The notes beneath the pieces were generated by a model, which was not told the DNA's origin, searched no databases, and saw only the letters and a program-made list of their open reading frames with translations. DNA of 53,269 nt from a virus. Taxonomy: Duplodnaviria > Caudoviricetes. A program made the position numbers and the translations under genes. The stretch is from the IMG/VR virus record IMGVR_UViG_3300022752_000099, positions 1 to 53,269 of that record; one strand, written 5' to 3'. Positions 20,543-30,245 of this stretch are shown here, one piece after another; the first letter of the stretch is position 1; every line of letters starts with the position of its first letter.

Positions 20543-21583
20543 ATGAAAACAGTATACATAGTTGATTTAGAATCAATTGAAACTCGTTATACGAGTCAAT
20601 GGGCATGGCATATTCCGAATGTATTGAATGATTACATTCATTCTAACAATTTGCAAGATAAGTATCGAGTTCAAACCATATCCGGTACCAATGATATTCC
20701 GGAGGCCACTACTCCCGGCGCATTTTTAAATTTCGGTGGTACTAACATTTACAAGTCTTCTCAACTCATTGAAATTGGTAAAATGTTTTGCGATGGTACT
20801 GTAAAGGCAGGTGATGTGTTTCTATATACGGATGCATGGAATCCTACCATACTTCAATTGAAATACATGAGCACTCTGTTGAACATTCCAGTATCAATTG
20901 TCGGTATTTGGCACGCTGGTAGTTGGGATCCTAACGATTTTATTGGTAGAGTTGAAAACAAACAATGGATCAAACATTCTGAACTCGCTTTACTGACGTC
21001 AATCAATTACAATTTGGTTGCCACTGAGTATCATGCAGAATTGATTCACAATTACTTTGATCGCGATGCTATTATTGATTTATGGAAGACCGGATTTCCT
21101 TTTGAATATCTGCAGTCCATGATCACTCCGGGTACGAAACGTGATATGATTTTGTTCCCACATAGAATTGCGCCTGAAAAACAATTGTCAGTGTTTAAAC
21201 AATTGTCTGAAATGTTGCCTCAATATGAGTGGGTAGTATGTCAAGAAAAACAGTTGACTAAAAATGAATATCATCAGTTATTGAGTGAAGCGAAAATAGT
21301 ATTTTCTGCAAATCTTCAGGAAACCTTAGGTATTAGTATGTATGAAGGAGTATTAGCTGAAGCTATCCCGGTTGTACCTGATAGACTTTCATATACAGAA
21401 ATGTACTCTGATGAATTTAAATATACAGATTCAGCAAGTATTGATGAAATCGCAAAACACATAACTCACGTAATGGAAAATTATGAATCATATAAAAGTA
21501 AACTACCACTGTTAAAGCTCAAACTCGATGAGCAGTTTTTCTCCGGACACTCCATGTATGACATAATTTTTAAACTAGCATAA
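20543..21583 (+). CDS. GT-B fold glycosyltransferase
   Basis: HRIAPEKQ and QETLGISMYEG (E-x7-E) donor-binding motif. Confidence 0.8.
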   Translation: MKTVYIVDLESIETRYTSQWAWHIPNVLNDYIHSNNLQDKYRVQTISGTNDIPEATTPGAFLNFGGTNIYKSSQLIEIGKMFCDGTVKAGDVFLYTDAWNPTILQLKYMSTLLNIPVSIVGIWHAGSWDPNDFIGRVENKQWIKHSELALLTSINYNLVATEYHAELIHNYFDRDAIIDLWKTGFPFEYLQSMITPGTKRDMILFPHRIAPEKQLSVFKQLSEMLPQYEWVVCQEKQLTKNEYHQLLSEAKIVFSANLQETLGISMYEGVLAEAIPVVPDRLSYTEMYSDEFKYTDSASIDEIAKHITHVMENYESYKSKLPLLKLKLDEQFFSGHSMYDIIFKLA

Positions 21584-24132
21584 TGTATCAAAACATATAT
21601 TACGATCGAAATACCAATTTAATTCACCTTTGGGATGACACTAGAGGTTATTTGAAATTCGCATACAACCGTTACGGATATAAAAAGGCTGATAACGGTA
21701 AATTTACAGCTCTAGACGGAACTAGACTACAGAAAGTTCAACGCTGGTCAAAGGAAGATGAAGCTGCAGGCAGCATGTATGAATCGGATCTTAGACCGGA
21801 AATGCGAACTCTGATAGACATGTATTTGGATTCTGATGACATTTCTACCAATCATAGAAATCTTTTTATAGATATTGAAGTTTCATCGGAAGGAGGTCAC
21901 GCTACTACCAAAAACGTGAAAAATGAAATTACTGCAATTTCAATGTATCAGCAGGCTGATGACAAGTTTTACACATTACTACTCAACCCGGAAGGAAACT
22001 TAAAAGACTTCAAGAAAGATAAAGTTCAAGTATTGGTTTATGAAACTGAAGATGAACTGCTTCAATCATTTTATTCATTGTATACCAATTATCAGCCCAC
22101 TATTATTACTGGTTGGAATATAGACGGTTACGATATACCGTACATATACAATCGAACCAACATGGTTTTAGGTGAAACGTATGCTAATCTTCTTTCTCCG
22201 ATTGAAATAGTTGAAACTGACAAATTCGGTATAGTAAAGATTGCCGGTGTAGCTTGTCTCGATTATTTGGCATTGTACAAGTTGTATACTTATTCAGAAG
22301 AATCTTCATACAGATTGGAAGCTATTGCAAGAAAAGAATTGGGTAGAGGTAAAGTGGAATATGAAGGCTCATTGGATCAATTGTATAAAACGGATATTGA
22401 CAAGTTTATTGATTACAATGTTTGCGACGTTCAACTCATTATTGATTTGGATAAAAAGCTGCAATTCATACAGCAAGCAATGGGTGTAGCTCATAAAGGT
22501 CATGTCCCATACGGGGACGTATACAAGTCGACTAGATTTCTAGATGGAGCTTGTATCACGTTTATTAAGCGTCGAGGTCTCGTAGTACCCAATATTAATA
22601 GAACTGTTACAGCGGTATCTGAAGAAGATCAATCTGAATCCGGTGGTGATTTTGAAGGTGCATATGTAAAAATTCCTGTACCCGGTAGATATGTATGGGT
22701 TTATGATATAGATATGTCTGCTCTGTATCCTTCAGTGATTAGATTGTTGAACATATCACCGGAGACAAAGGTAGGTAGAGTTTCAAATTGGGATTCAATT
22801 AAAACGCATTTCGTAAATGGTACGACTTCCACAGAACGCGTTATAATACCTGGAATATCTTTGAATATCAAAGTCCATGAATTACGAGACTGGTTGATAT
22901 CGAATACCTATAGCATTTCTAGTATAGGTGTTATATATGATATGAAGAAACCCGGTATAGTACCTACCATATTGACTACATGGATGCAGGAACGAGATGA
23001 TTATCGAGCTTTATCCAAACAATTTGGTAAGTCCGGTGATATAGATAAAAGAAATTTCTACGAGTCAAGACAGTTGACAATGAAGATTATCAACAATTCA
23101 TTGTACGGTGTATTGGGTAACAGAGGATTTAGATTTTATGACTTGGATAATGCTGAATCAATTACTACTACCGGTAAGAGTGCATTGATGAATCATGCTG
23201 AACCTAGAGCCAATAGATGGTATTTGGAAAAGTTAGGAATAACCGGAGACAATGTTATTTACGTTGATACAGATTCGGTATTTTGTTCAGCATTACCGGT
23301 GATAAATCATATGGAGTCGGTAATGAACAGAGAGTTGTCGTATGAAGAGAAACGAGATGCCACGTACAAGACTGCCATATCAGTGGAACAGTATATCAAC
23401 GATACATTCACTGAACATACAATGTTACATCATAATGTGAAGAACAATATATTGACTATCAAACAGGAATATGTGTCAGAAGCAGCTTTCTGGGTGACAA
23501 AGAAACGATATGCTCAAAAAATTGTATTGGAAAAAGGCGTTTCAATTGAAAACATCACTAACGGTAAATCTAAATGGAAGCTGGATGTAAAAGGTATGGA
23601 TTCAGTTCGATCAGACTTTCCGAAAGCATTTCGTAAGTTCATGTCTGAAATGTTGATTTTGATTTTAGATGGAGTTGATAGAAATGTATTGGATACCAAG
23701 ATCAATGAAATGTATGAAGCCATGAATTCAGTGGAACTGTTTGATATCATGTTCCCGACAGGAGTAAAAGAAATTAGCAAATATCCATCGCTCGGCCTGT
23801 TTCAAAGATCAAAAGGTACTCCGGCTCACGTGAAAGCTGCATTAAATTACAATGATTTCATTACAATGATTCAAAGTACTGCATTGCCATTCAATGACGG
23901 TGACAAGATTATGTGGTGTTATTTGAAACCCAATAAATTTGGTTTGCAAAATATTGCTTTACGAGGCTATGAAGATCCAATCGAAATCGTTAAATTTGTG
24001 AATGATTTTATTGATCGAGAATCAATATTTGAGAGTGCCTTATTCAATAAGTTAAATGATTTCTATTCCGCATTAAAGTTCGGTGAAATCACATTAAATA
24101 ACAATGTTAATGAATTTTTCTCATTCAATTGA
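21583..24132 (+). CDS. polB: family B DNA polymerase (gp43-like)
   Basis: DIE, GWNIDGYD, YNVCD, DMSALYPS, KIINNSLYG, YVDTDS, KKRY. Confidence 0.97.
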   Translation: MYQNIYYDRNTNLIHLWDDTRGYLKFAYNRYGYKKADNGKFTALDGTRLQKVQRWSKEDEAAGSMYESDLRPEMRTLIDMYLDSDDISTNHRNLFIDIEVSSEGGHATTKNVKNEITAISMYQQADDKFYTLLLNPEGNLKDFKKDKVQVLVYETEDELLQSFYSLYTNYQPTIITGWNIDGYDIPYIYNRTNMVLGETYANLLSPIEIVETDKFGIVKIAGVACLDYLALYKLYTYSEESSYRLEAIARKELGRGKVEYEGSLDQLYKTDIDKFIDYNVCDVQLIIDLDKKLQFIQQAMGVAHKGHVPYGDVYKSTRFLDGACITFIKRRGLVVPNINRTVTAVSEEDQSESGGDFEGAYVKIPVPGRYVWVYDIDMSALYPSVIRLLNISPETKVGRVSNWDSIKTHFVNGTTSTERVIIPGISLNIKVHELRDWLISNTYSISSIGVIYDMKKPGIVPTILTTWMQERDDYRALSKQFGKSGDIDKRNFYESRQLTMKIINNSLYGVLGNRGFRFYDLDNAESITTTGKSALMNHAEPRANRWYLEKLGITGDNVIYVDTDSVFCSALPVINHMESVMNRELSYEEKRDATYKTAISVEQYINDTFTEHTMLHHNVKNNILTIKQEYVSEAAFWVTKKRYAQKIVLEKGVSIENITNGKSKWKLDVKGMDSVRSDFPKAFRKFMSEMLILILDGVDRNVLDTKINEMYEAMNSVELFDIMFPTGVKEISKYPSLGLFQRSKGTPAHVKAALNYNDFITMIQSTALPFNDGDKIMWCYLKPNKFGLQNIALRGYEDPIEIVKFVNDFIDRESIFESALFNKLNDFYSALKFGEITLNNNVNEFFSFN

Positions 24133-24133
24133 T

Positions 24134-24478
24134 ATGAAAACAGAAATTATAGTTACACTTGCAGTAGACGGTATTCATAAGTTCCCAGCTGCTCATCAAC
24201 TGTTTCCGGAAGTTGCATTTCTTTCCTATGATCACAGACATGCATTTCACTTCAAGATTTACAAATTGGTTCAACATGATGATCGAGATGTAGAGTTTAT
24301 CATGTTTAAACGAGATGTTTTGCAATACTTGAACAAGTATTATGATACTGAACTTAGAAGTTTAAACTTCGGTGCTAGGTCCTGCGAAATGTTAGCCAAA
24401 GAAATTTTGTTGCAATTCGACTGTACTCAAGTTGAAGTATGGGAAGATCTGGAAAATGGTGCTAGAGTTACTAAATGA
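24134..24478 (+). CDS. dpdL: QueD-paralogous T-fold protein, DpdL-like (putative CDG decarboxylase)
   Basis: LSYDHRHAF (LxxxHRHxF in place of CxxxHGH), DVEF, SCEMLA, VEVWED; motif recalled from the literature, not searched. Confidence 0.65.
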   Translation: MKTEIIVTLAVDGIHKFPAAHQLFPEVAFLSYDHRHAFHFKIYKLVQHDDRDVEFIMFKRDVLQYLNKYYDTELRSLNFGARSCEMLAKEILLQFDCTQVEVWEDLENGARVTK

Positions 24479-25413
24479 AATTGATAGTAGTATTCGAAGA
24501 TCAACTTCGAACTATTTATTGGATTGATAATCTGATTGATCGACTTTCCAATGAAAAGACGCAAGTAATTAGATGCAGTTCTCAAACTGAATTGAATTCA
24601 ATATACAGGCAGCATGGTAAAAAAATGAACTATGCTAAAATTATTGTATTGAATTCAATGAGTGAAGCGCCTATTTCAATAGTCAGATTGAACGATTACT
24701 TTCAAGTGAATCCGAAGACTGTATTACTTTGGCCATACATGGAACAGTTTGATTCGAGTTGGTGGCTTCATATAAGTAGAGCTGTATACAAATTGTCCGG
24801 GCTATGTAGTGTTGTATTGAATGAACCGTATATCATTGACAAGTTCTATTCAAGTATACCGAAGAACAGTATGATGAATGTGATATTCACTTCATATCCG
24901 GTGATATATCCGAATACAGGACTGAAAGTGAACAAATCAAACTCAATAGCAATTCATGCGCCTGAGTACATGTTACATGATATAGAACAGATTTCTATCA
25001 TCTTGTCTAAAGAAACCGGATACACTGTAACGCCATTATCTATACCAGGTAAACTATGTGACGGTAACAAGTTCATGCAATTCGTGAATGAATGTAAAAT
25101 TTTAATTGATTTACATCCGGTATCATGGTTAGGTGAATCGTTGATTCAGGTGTCAAACAGAGATTGCATTGCAGTTACTGAGAAAATTGGTTACGGGTAT
25201 TTCGCTCGAAACTGCGTGCATGATTTGAAATATCATATTGATGTAAAATCATTCAACTCAATACCTGATTTTGTTACTGCATTGCCATCGATAAAGCACA
25301 TGGTCCATGAAATTATACAATCGTATGATTCTATCATATCAGAAAACAAAAGCAGGATTGATCGAATTGTAGAAACCTGTTTTAATCCTGATAAATTTAT
25401 TGAAACTTTATAA
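24475..25413 (+). CDS. hypothetical protein, probable degenerate GT-B paralog
   Basis: C-terminal half aligns by eye with the 20543 glycosyltransferase but lacks its E-x7-E residues. Confidence 0.55.
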   Translation: MKLIVVFEDQLRTIYWIDNLIDRLSNEKTQVIRCSSQTELNSIYRQHGKKMNYAKIIVLNSMSEAPISIVRLNDYFQVNPKTVLLWPYMEQFDSSWWLHISRAVYKLSGLCSVVLNEPYIIDKFYSSIPKNSMMNVIFTSYPVIYPNTGLKVNKSNSIAIHAPEYMLHDIEQISIILSKETGYTVTPLSIPGKLCDGNKFMQFVNECKILIDLHPVSWLGESLIQVSNRDCIAVTEKIGYGYFARNCVHDLKYHIDVKSFNSIPDFVTALPSIKHMVHEIIQSYDSIISENKSRIDRIVETCFNPDKFIETL

Positions 25414-25446
25414 CGATTTACTTATATTAATCAAAAATTAAATAGT

Positions 25447-26163
25447 ATGAAAAAAGAACACTTACTGTCATTTATTGACAAGTATCATTTGTCAGGCAAT
25501 TGCGAGTCTGCTAAATGGGTTGTAACTGCAAACACTTTGCAAACTTCATTTTTAACTTCTGACAGAAATGTGATCGGATCAGTATCATATGCAAGTCCAG
25601 AGCTTCCGGATATTGAGCTAGGTGTATATAATACCGGTCAATTGATCAAATTGATGTCGGCTCTAGATTCAGATGTGAATGTCAATTTCAAGAAAGCAGA
25701 CAAACAAGTGTATGCAATGGAACTTTCAGATTCAAATACTACAGCTTCATACATGTTGTCTGATTTGTCTGTAATTCCTGATGCTCCTAGTTTGAAGAAG
25801 CTTCCAGATTTTGATATCAAAGTTGAACTTTCAAAAGAGTTTACAAGTAGATTCATCAAATCTAAAAACGCTTTGCCTGAGTCTGATAATTTTGCAGTAG
25901 AAAGTGATGGTAGTACTTGCACATTGACAATCAATTATGCAAACATCAATACCAATAAAATCACGTATGCTGTAAAGAGTGTAGAAACTCCGAACAAAAT
26001 GTCTCCGGTATGTTTTTCTGCGAAATTGTTCAAGGAAATTCTAGAAGCAAATAAAGATTGTACTGGATGGTTGGAAGTTTCATCAGCCGGTTTAGGTCGA
26101 GTTACTTTGAAAAATGATTCTTTTACAGCAGTATATTATTTAGTTAAACTTACAATTAATTGA
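25447..26163 (+). CDS. DNA sliding clamp (gp45/PCNA-like)
   Basis: 238 aa, two-domain beta-rich pattern, LGVYNTGQLIKLMS, position between PolB and clamp loader. Confidence 0.75.
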   Translation: MKKEHLLSFIDKYHLSGNCESAKWVVTANTLQTSFLTSDRNVIGSVSYASPELPDIELGVYNTGQLIKLMSALDSDVNVNFKKADKQVYAMELSDSNTTASYMLSDLSVIPDAPSLKKLPDFDIKVELSKEFTSRFIKSKNALPESDNFAVESDGSTCTLTINYANINTNKITYAVKSVETPNKMSPVCFSAKLFKEILEANKDCTGWLEVSSAGLGRVTLKNDSFTAVYYLVKLTIN

Positions 26164-26165
26164 TA

Positions 26166-27095
26166 ATGTTCAATCAAAATCAAGAACATTCATTATGGAC
26201 TGAAAAGTATCGTCCTAATCAACTAGAAGACTACGTTGGTAATGATCACATCAAGAAAAATGTTAAACATTATCTTGAAACTGATGATGTGCCGAATCTT
26301 CTATTAGTGGGTACAGCTGGTACCGGAAAAACGACTATTGCAAAATTGATTGCCAATAACATTGATTGCGATCTGCTTTATTTGAATGCTTCAGATACCA
26401 ACTCAGTGGATACGGTTCGAGAGCAAATCAAATCGTTTGCTAGTAGCATTGGTTTCAAGAAATGGAGATTAGTGATATGCGATGAGTTTGACTTCATGAC
26501 ACCTAATGCACAAGCTGCATTGCGTAATTTGATGGAAACTTTCAGTAAAACCTGCAGGTTCATTTTAACCGGTAATTACATTGAGAAGATCATTGAACCA
26601 ATTCAATCTAGATGTCAGGTATATTACGTTACTCCTCCTTCCAAGAAAGATGTTGCCATTCGAATGGCTAACATATTGAATCAGGAATCAATTCAATATA
26701 CACCTGAAGATTTGGTTGCAGTAGTTAATACAGGTTATCCGGATATTAGAAAAGTGATAAATGCCTGTCAGCGTCAATCTACTACAGGTACATTGATTGT
26801 TGATACTGCCACTAAAATTGAAATGGACTACATGACTTCAATTTTGGAACAATTGAAAAATCTGAAAGATAAAAAATCTGCATTTGCCAATATTCGACAA
26901 ATTCTAGCAGACAGTAAGGTTAGAGATTTTACTGGATTGTATTCCTACTTGTATGAAAAATTGGATGAATTTGCAGTAGGTCATATTGGAGCTGTAATAT
27001 TGATTATTGCTGAACATCAAGCATTGGAAAATCAGGTAGTAGATCGGGAAATCAATGTGGCGGCTATGATGGTTAAATTGATCAATGAACTGTAG
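26166..27095 (+). CDS. clamp loader ATPase (RFC/gp44-like)
   Basis: WTEKYRP, GTAGTGKTT, LNASD, DEFD, AQAALRN, SRC. Confidence 0.95.
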   Translation: MFNQNQEHSLWTEKYRPNQLEDYVGNDHIKKNVKHYLETDDVPNLLLVGTAGTGKTTIAKLIANNIDCDLLYLNASDTNSVDTVREQIKSFASSIGFKKWRLVICDEFDFMTPNAQAALRNLMETFSKTCRFILTGNYIEKIIEPIQSRCQVYYVTPPSKKDVAIRMANILNQESIQYTPEDLVAVVNTGYPDIRKVINACQRQSTTGTLIVDTATKIEMDYMTSILEQLKNLKDKKSAFANIRQILADSKVRDFTGLYSYLYEKLDEFAVGHIGAVILIIAEHQALENQVVDREINVAAMMVKLINEL

Positions 27096-27096
27096 T

Positions 27097-27513
27097 TCAT
27101 TTTAAAAATTCAATTTCATATACCGGATGCAATTCATTCCATCGATGAATTTTATCGAAAACAAATCGACCGGTTACTGCTATTGAATCACCGACTTTAG
27201 GAATTTGAATTTGATTCTTATAACTAACACAAGCCGGTATTGGAGCAGACTCTACACATACAATTTCCAAAACCATACATGAATCCTGTTTGGTAAAGTT
27301 TCGTTTATGAAGTAAATGCAACTCAGAAATTTTCATTCGAATGTGAATGTCGCCATCAAAGCAAGATTCAATTGAATGAATTTCACCAATCAATTGCATC
27401 GTGTCTTGCAATGTTTCCAATCGATACGAGTTATGTACTTTAGAATTTAAATCAAACTTTGAATTGCTGCAACAAATCAACATGGTGTACATGAAAAAGA
27501 GAACAACTCGCAT
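27097..27513 (-). CDS. putative exported/lipoprotein with OB-fold-like domain
   Basis: Hydrophobic N-terminus ending in CC; DGDIHI...VGDSIAVTG...WNELHPV; own ATATTTAT on the minus strand at 27525-27532. Confidence 0.7.
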   Translation of the reverse strand: MRVVLFFMYTMLICCSNSKFDLNSKVHNSYRLETLQDTMQLIGEIHSIESCFDGDIHIRMKISELHLLHKRNFTKQDSCMVLEIVCVESAPIPACVSYKNQIQIPKVGDSIAVTGRFVFDKIHRWNELHPVYEIEFLK

Positions 27514-27577
27514 AATATTTTTTGATAAATATTGATCGTTTATTTGAACTTTAGTTTGATTATATTAAATTTACATT

Positions 27578-27799
27578 ATGAATTGGATTGAATTGTTAGG
27601 TTGGCTGGCTACCATTATGGTAGTTTCAGGTTTCATATTGAATGCATACAAACATCATTCGATATCTATTGCATTATGGATTTTAGGTGACTCAATTTGG
27701 ATTGCTTATGACGTGGTTCGAGGCATTTATCCGCATCTATTTCTGAGTGTCGTTATTATTTTAATTAACATTTTCGGTTTAATCAAATTGAATAAATGA
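27578..27799 (+). CDS. small three-helix membrane protein
   Basis: Three hydrophobic segments. Confidence 0.7.
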   Translation: MNWIELLGWLATIMVVSGFILNAYKHHSISIALWILGDSIWIAYDVVRGIYPHLFLSVVIILINIFGLIKLNK

Positions 27800-27957
27800 T
27801 TCACTTTCTGTTTCACGCAATCGGCCTTTGCCCGGATTCCATGCTACATGTAGACTTGATGGATATACTACCTTATTACGCTCACACTCTACATGTATGT
27901 TCTTCTTTTCTTTTTCAAATATCAAATTATATTAAATCATTAAAAGCACTTATATGA
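27796..27957 (+). CDS. small hypothetical protein (53 aa, not in ORF track)
   Basis: MIHFLFHAIGLCPDS...; start and stop overlap both neighbours. Confidence 0.5.
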   Translation: MIHFLFHAIGLCPDSMLHVDLMDILPYYAHTLHVCSSFLFQISNYIKSLKALI

Positions 27958-28202
27958 GCTTAATTTCACCCAACGGGGCACCAATGTCGTCCGGTAAAGC
28001 AGTTACTACAAAACCGGGTATCGATTTGTCAGTAGCAATCGACATTCTTTGCGAATGCGGTAATAAACTGTTCATGCCACTGATGCGATTTAAAAAGATT
28101 CCGGCAGTAGCATCACCAACCGGTCAAGAAGCAATTATACCGGCTCAAGTTTTTGCATGCAGTAGTTGCGGTGCAGTACCTGAAATGTTAGATATCGATT
28201 AA
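27954..28202 (+). CDS. small zinc-ribbon protein
   Basis: CECG...CSSCG. Confidence 0.7.
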   Translation: MSLISPNGAPMSSGKAVTTKPGIDLSVAIDILCECGNKLFMPLMRFKKIPAVASPTGQEAIIPAQVFACSSCGAVPEMLDID

Positions 28203-28203
28203 T

Positions 28204-28680
28204 ATGGCTAAAAAAGTATCGAAATCACCGGATACTATCACCAAGCCGGCCACTCTATTTGATCATTTAGAGTTTATTCAGCACAAGAAACGTGGGTGGG
28301 ACGAGTTGACAGAATCTGATAAAAAGACTTGGTCCACTTACATGATCAATCGATATCTTTCAATGAGTACCGAATACATTGACTTGGTAAACATGTTGCA
28401 ACGATATACGATTGGTATGAATAACAGAGATGTTTACAAATTGTATTTGGATCTGCTACCGGCTAAAAAACAGTTTCTGAAATACGTGAAAGGTAAATCG
28501 GAAGACAAATATTCGCAACCATTAATTGACTTGATTTCAAATCATTTCAAGTGTAGTAGTGCTGAGGCCATCGAAAACATTGAATTGATGTCAATTATTG
28601 ACAACAATGAACTGCCTAGCATTCTCAAGAAGTACGGTAAAAGTGATAAGGAAATTGCAAAATTGTTGAAGGATGTTTGA
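28204..28680 (+). CDS. clamp loader small subunit (gp62-like), putative
   Basis: YMINRYLSM, KKQFLKYVK, ISNHFKCS..EA pattern; near the gp44-like gene. Confidence 0.65.
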   Translation: MAKKVSKSPDTITKPATLFDHLEFIQHKKRGWDELTESDKKTWSTYMINRYLSMSTEYIDLVNMLQRYTIGMNNRDVYKLYLDLLPAKKQFLKYVKGKSEDKYSQPLIDLISNHFKCSSAEAIENIELMSIIDNNELPSILKKYGKSDKEIAKLLKDV

Positions 28681-28984
28681 TTCATTCAAAGTTTTGGATT
28701 CAAATTATCGAAAATTTCATCCGAATAATCTCATCGTACGAGGTGCAGTTATAACCGATGATGAATGGAACTTATTGTGGTCTGGAGATTTGGATTGCAC
28801 ATTAGATATTACTATACTTAAGAATGCATCGAAGATACTAAACAAACAACTATTTGTATTGTGGTCTTTAAAAGATTATCAAATTAAAAGTAGAATGTTT
28901 GTACTTCGAATTAATTTTGACTTCATTGAATTGGGATATGAAGTTGAAAGGTACATTGATTTAAAAACTTTAAAATACCATTAA
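28673..28984 (+). CDS. hypothetical protein
   Basis: ORF overlapping the upstream stop. Confidence 0.6.
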   Translation: MFDSFKVLDSNYRKFHPNNLIVRGAVITDDEWNLLWSGDLDCTLDITILKNASKILNKQLFVLWSLKDYQIKSRMFVLRINFDFIELGYEVERYIDLKTLKYH

Positions 28985-28988
28985 CATT

Positions 28989-29258
28989 ATGTACGTTGAC
29001 ATCGACATTGACGGCTTTCTATCAGGTTGTTCTAAACATGACATTGAGGATATCATAGAATCATTAATAGCAGACGGTTGGCTACCTGCAAAATCTGCTA
29101 AACCATCAGGTACATATTCAGACTGGTCTAATGAAATTTCATGTACAGATTCTGATTGGTCTAAAACTTTAACATGTTTATCAGAACCATGGAGATTGAC
29201 GACTGAAGAACTGAACACTATTAAATCAATTGCAAGTAAGTATGAATACCTTGTTTGA
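28989..29258 (+). CDS. hypothetical protein
   Basis: ORF in operon orientation. Confidence 0.6.
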   Translation: MYVDIDIDGFLSGCSKHDIEDIIESLIADGWLPAKSAKPSGTYSDWSNEISCTDSDWSKTLTCLSEPWRLTTEELNTIKSIASKYEYLV

Positions 29259-29775
29259 TTCAATAAATGAAATGATCAAATCAATTCGAGTAGAAATCAA
29301 ATCAATTCGAGTTGGTTTGATCAATCTGTATCGATGGTTCCCGGTAATATGGAAAGATCGAGATTGGGATGATCATTACATTGTTGAAATTTTGATCAAA
29401 AAACTGGAACATCAGCGCGATTTCTTCAAATCAAATAAAGCTTATAGTGCAAATGCAAATGAAGTTGCATCAGAAATTCAATATGCAATTGATATGCTAC
29501 GTAAAACGCAAGATTCATTTGATCATTATGAACTACCGGCCACAGAAGCTTTAGATTTGAAATGGGGCGTACGAGACATATCATTTGTTCCAATTGAGGG
29601 TACTAATTTGACAGAAATGAAATCGAATATACCGAATGTCAAGAACGAAGAGGATAAGAAACAATATTCAAAAGAATTTAGAGAATCATTGCAGTCTGCT
29701 CGAAATCAATATATGGAAGATAAAAGAAAGGTGTATACATTTATTGCGGAAAATATAGATAAGTGGTGGGATTAA
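29242..29775 (+). CDS. hypothetical phage protein
   Basis: WFPVIWKDRDWD...WWD; start uncertain. Confidence 0.65.
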   Translation: MNTLFDSINEMIKSIRVEIKSIRVGLINLYRWFPVIWKDRDWDDHYIVEILIKKLEHQRDFFKSNKAYSANANEVASEIQYAIDMLRKTQDSFDHYELPATEALDLKWGVRDISFVPIEGTNLTEMKSNIPNVKNEEDKKQYSKEFRESLQSARNQYMEDKRKVYTFIAENIDKWWD

Positions 29776-29796
29776 CTAACAAAACAATAGAAAGTT

Positions 29797-30051
29797 ATGA
29801 GTAATAAGATTATAAAACACAAAGACCCCTTCTTGGGTGAAATAGAACTCAAAGAAGTTGGTAGAGTTGTTATGGACGCTTTCTTTAATGAAAATGTTTA
29901 TTATGTAATGGAATCTGAAAAATATAAACATAAAGGTATTGATTGTGGAATATGGTATACAAATACTTTAAACGAAATGAAATGGATGAGGAAAGAAGAA
30001 ATGTCCATGATTAAAGGGATTTATGAAGCTCTAACTAAAATAGAAATATGA
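29797..30051 (+). CDS. hypothetical protein
   Basis: ORF with AAAGTTATG start. Confidence 0.6.
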   Translation: MSNKIIKHKDPFLGEIELKEVGRVVMDAFFNENVYYVMESEKYKHKGIDCGIWYTNTLNEMKWMRKEEMSMIKGIYEALTKIEI

Positions 30052-30239
30052 ATAAAGAAAAAATACAACAAGAATTAATATCCAAATTACTAAAGGTGTC
30101 TCAGGAAATTGACAAAACACCTAAAGCTAATTATATACACCTTTCAGAAAAATACATCCAAAGTAAGGCTGACGAAAATGGTATTACATTTGATGAGATG
30201 GTAGATATTATTGAAAACGAACTAAACCCAAAACAATAG
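30048..30239 (+). CDS. hypothetical protein
   Basis: ATGA overlap with upstream ORF. Confidence 0.6.
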   Translation: MNKEKIQQELISKLLKVSQEIDKTPKANYIHLSEKYIQSKADENGITFDEMVDIIENELNPKQ

Positions 30240-30245
30240 AAAGTT

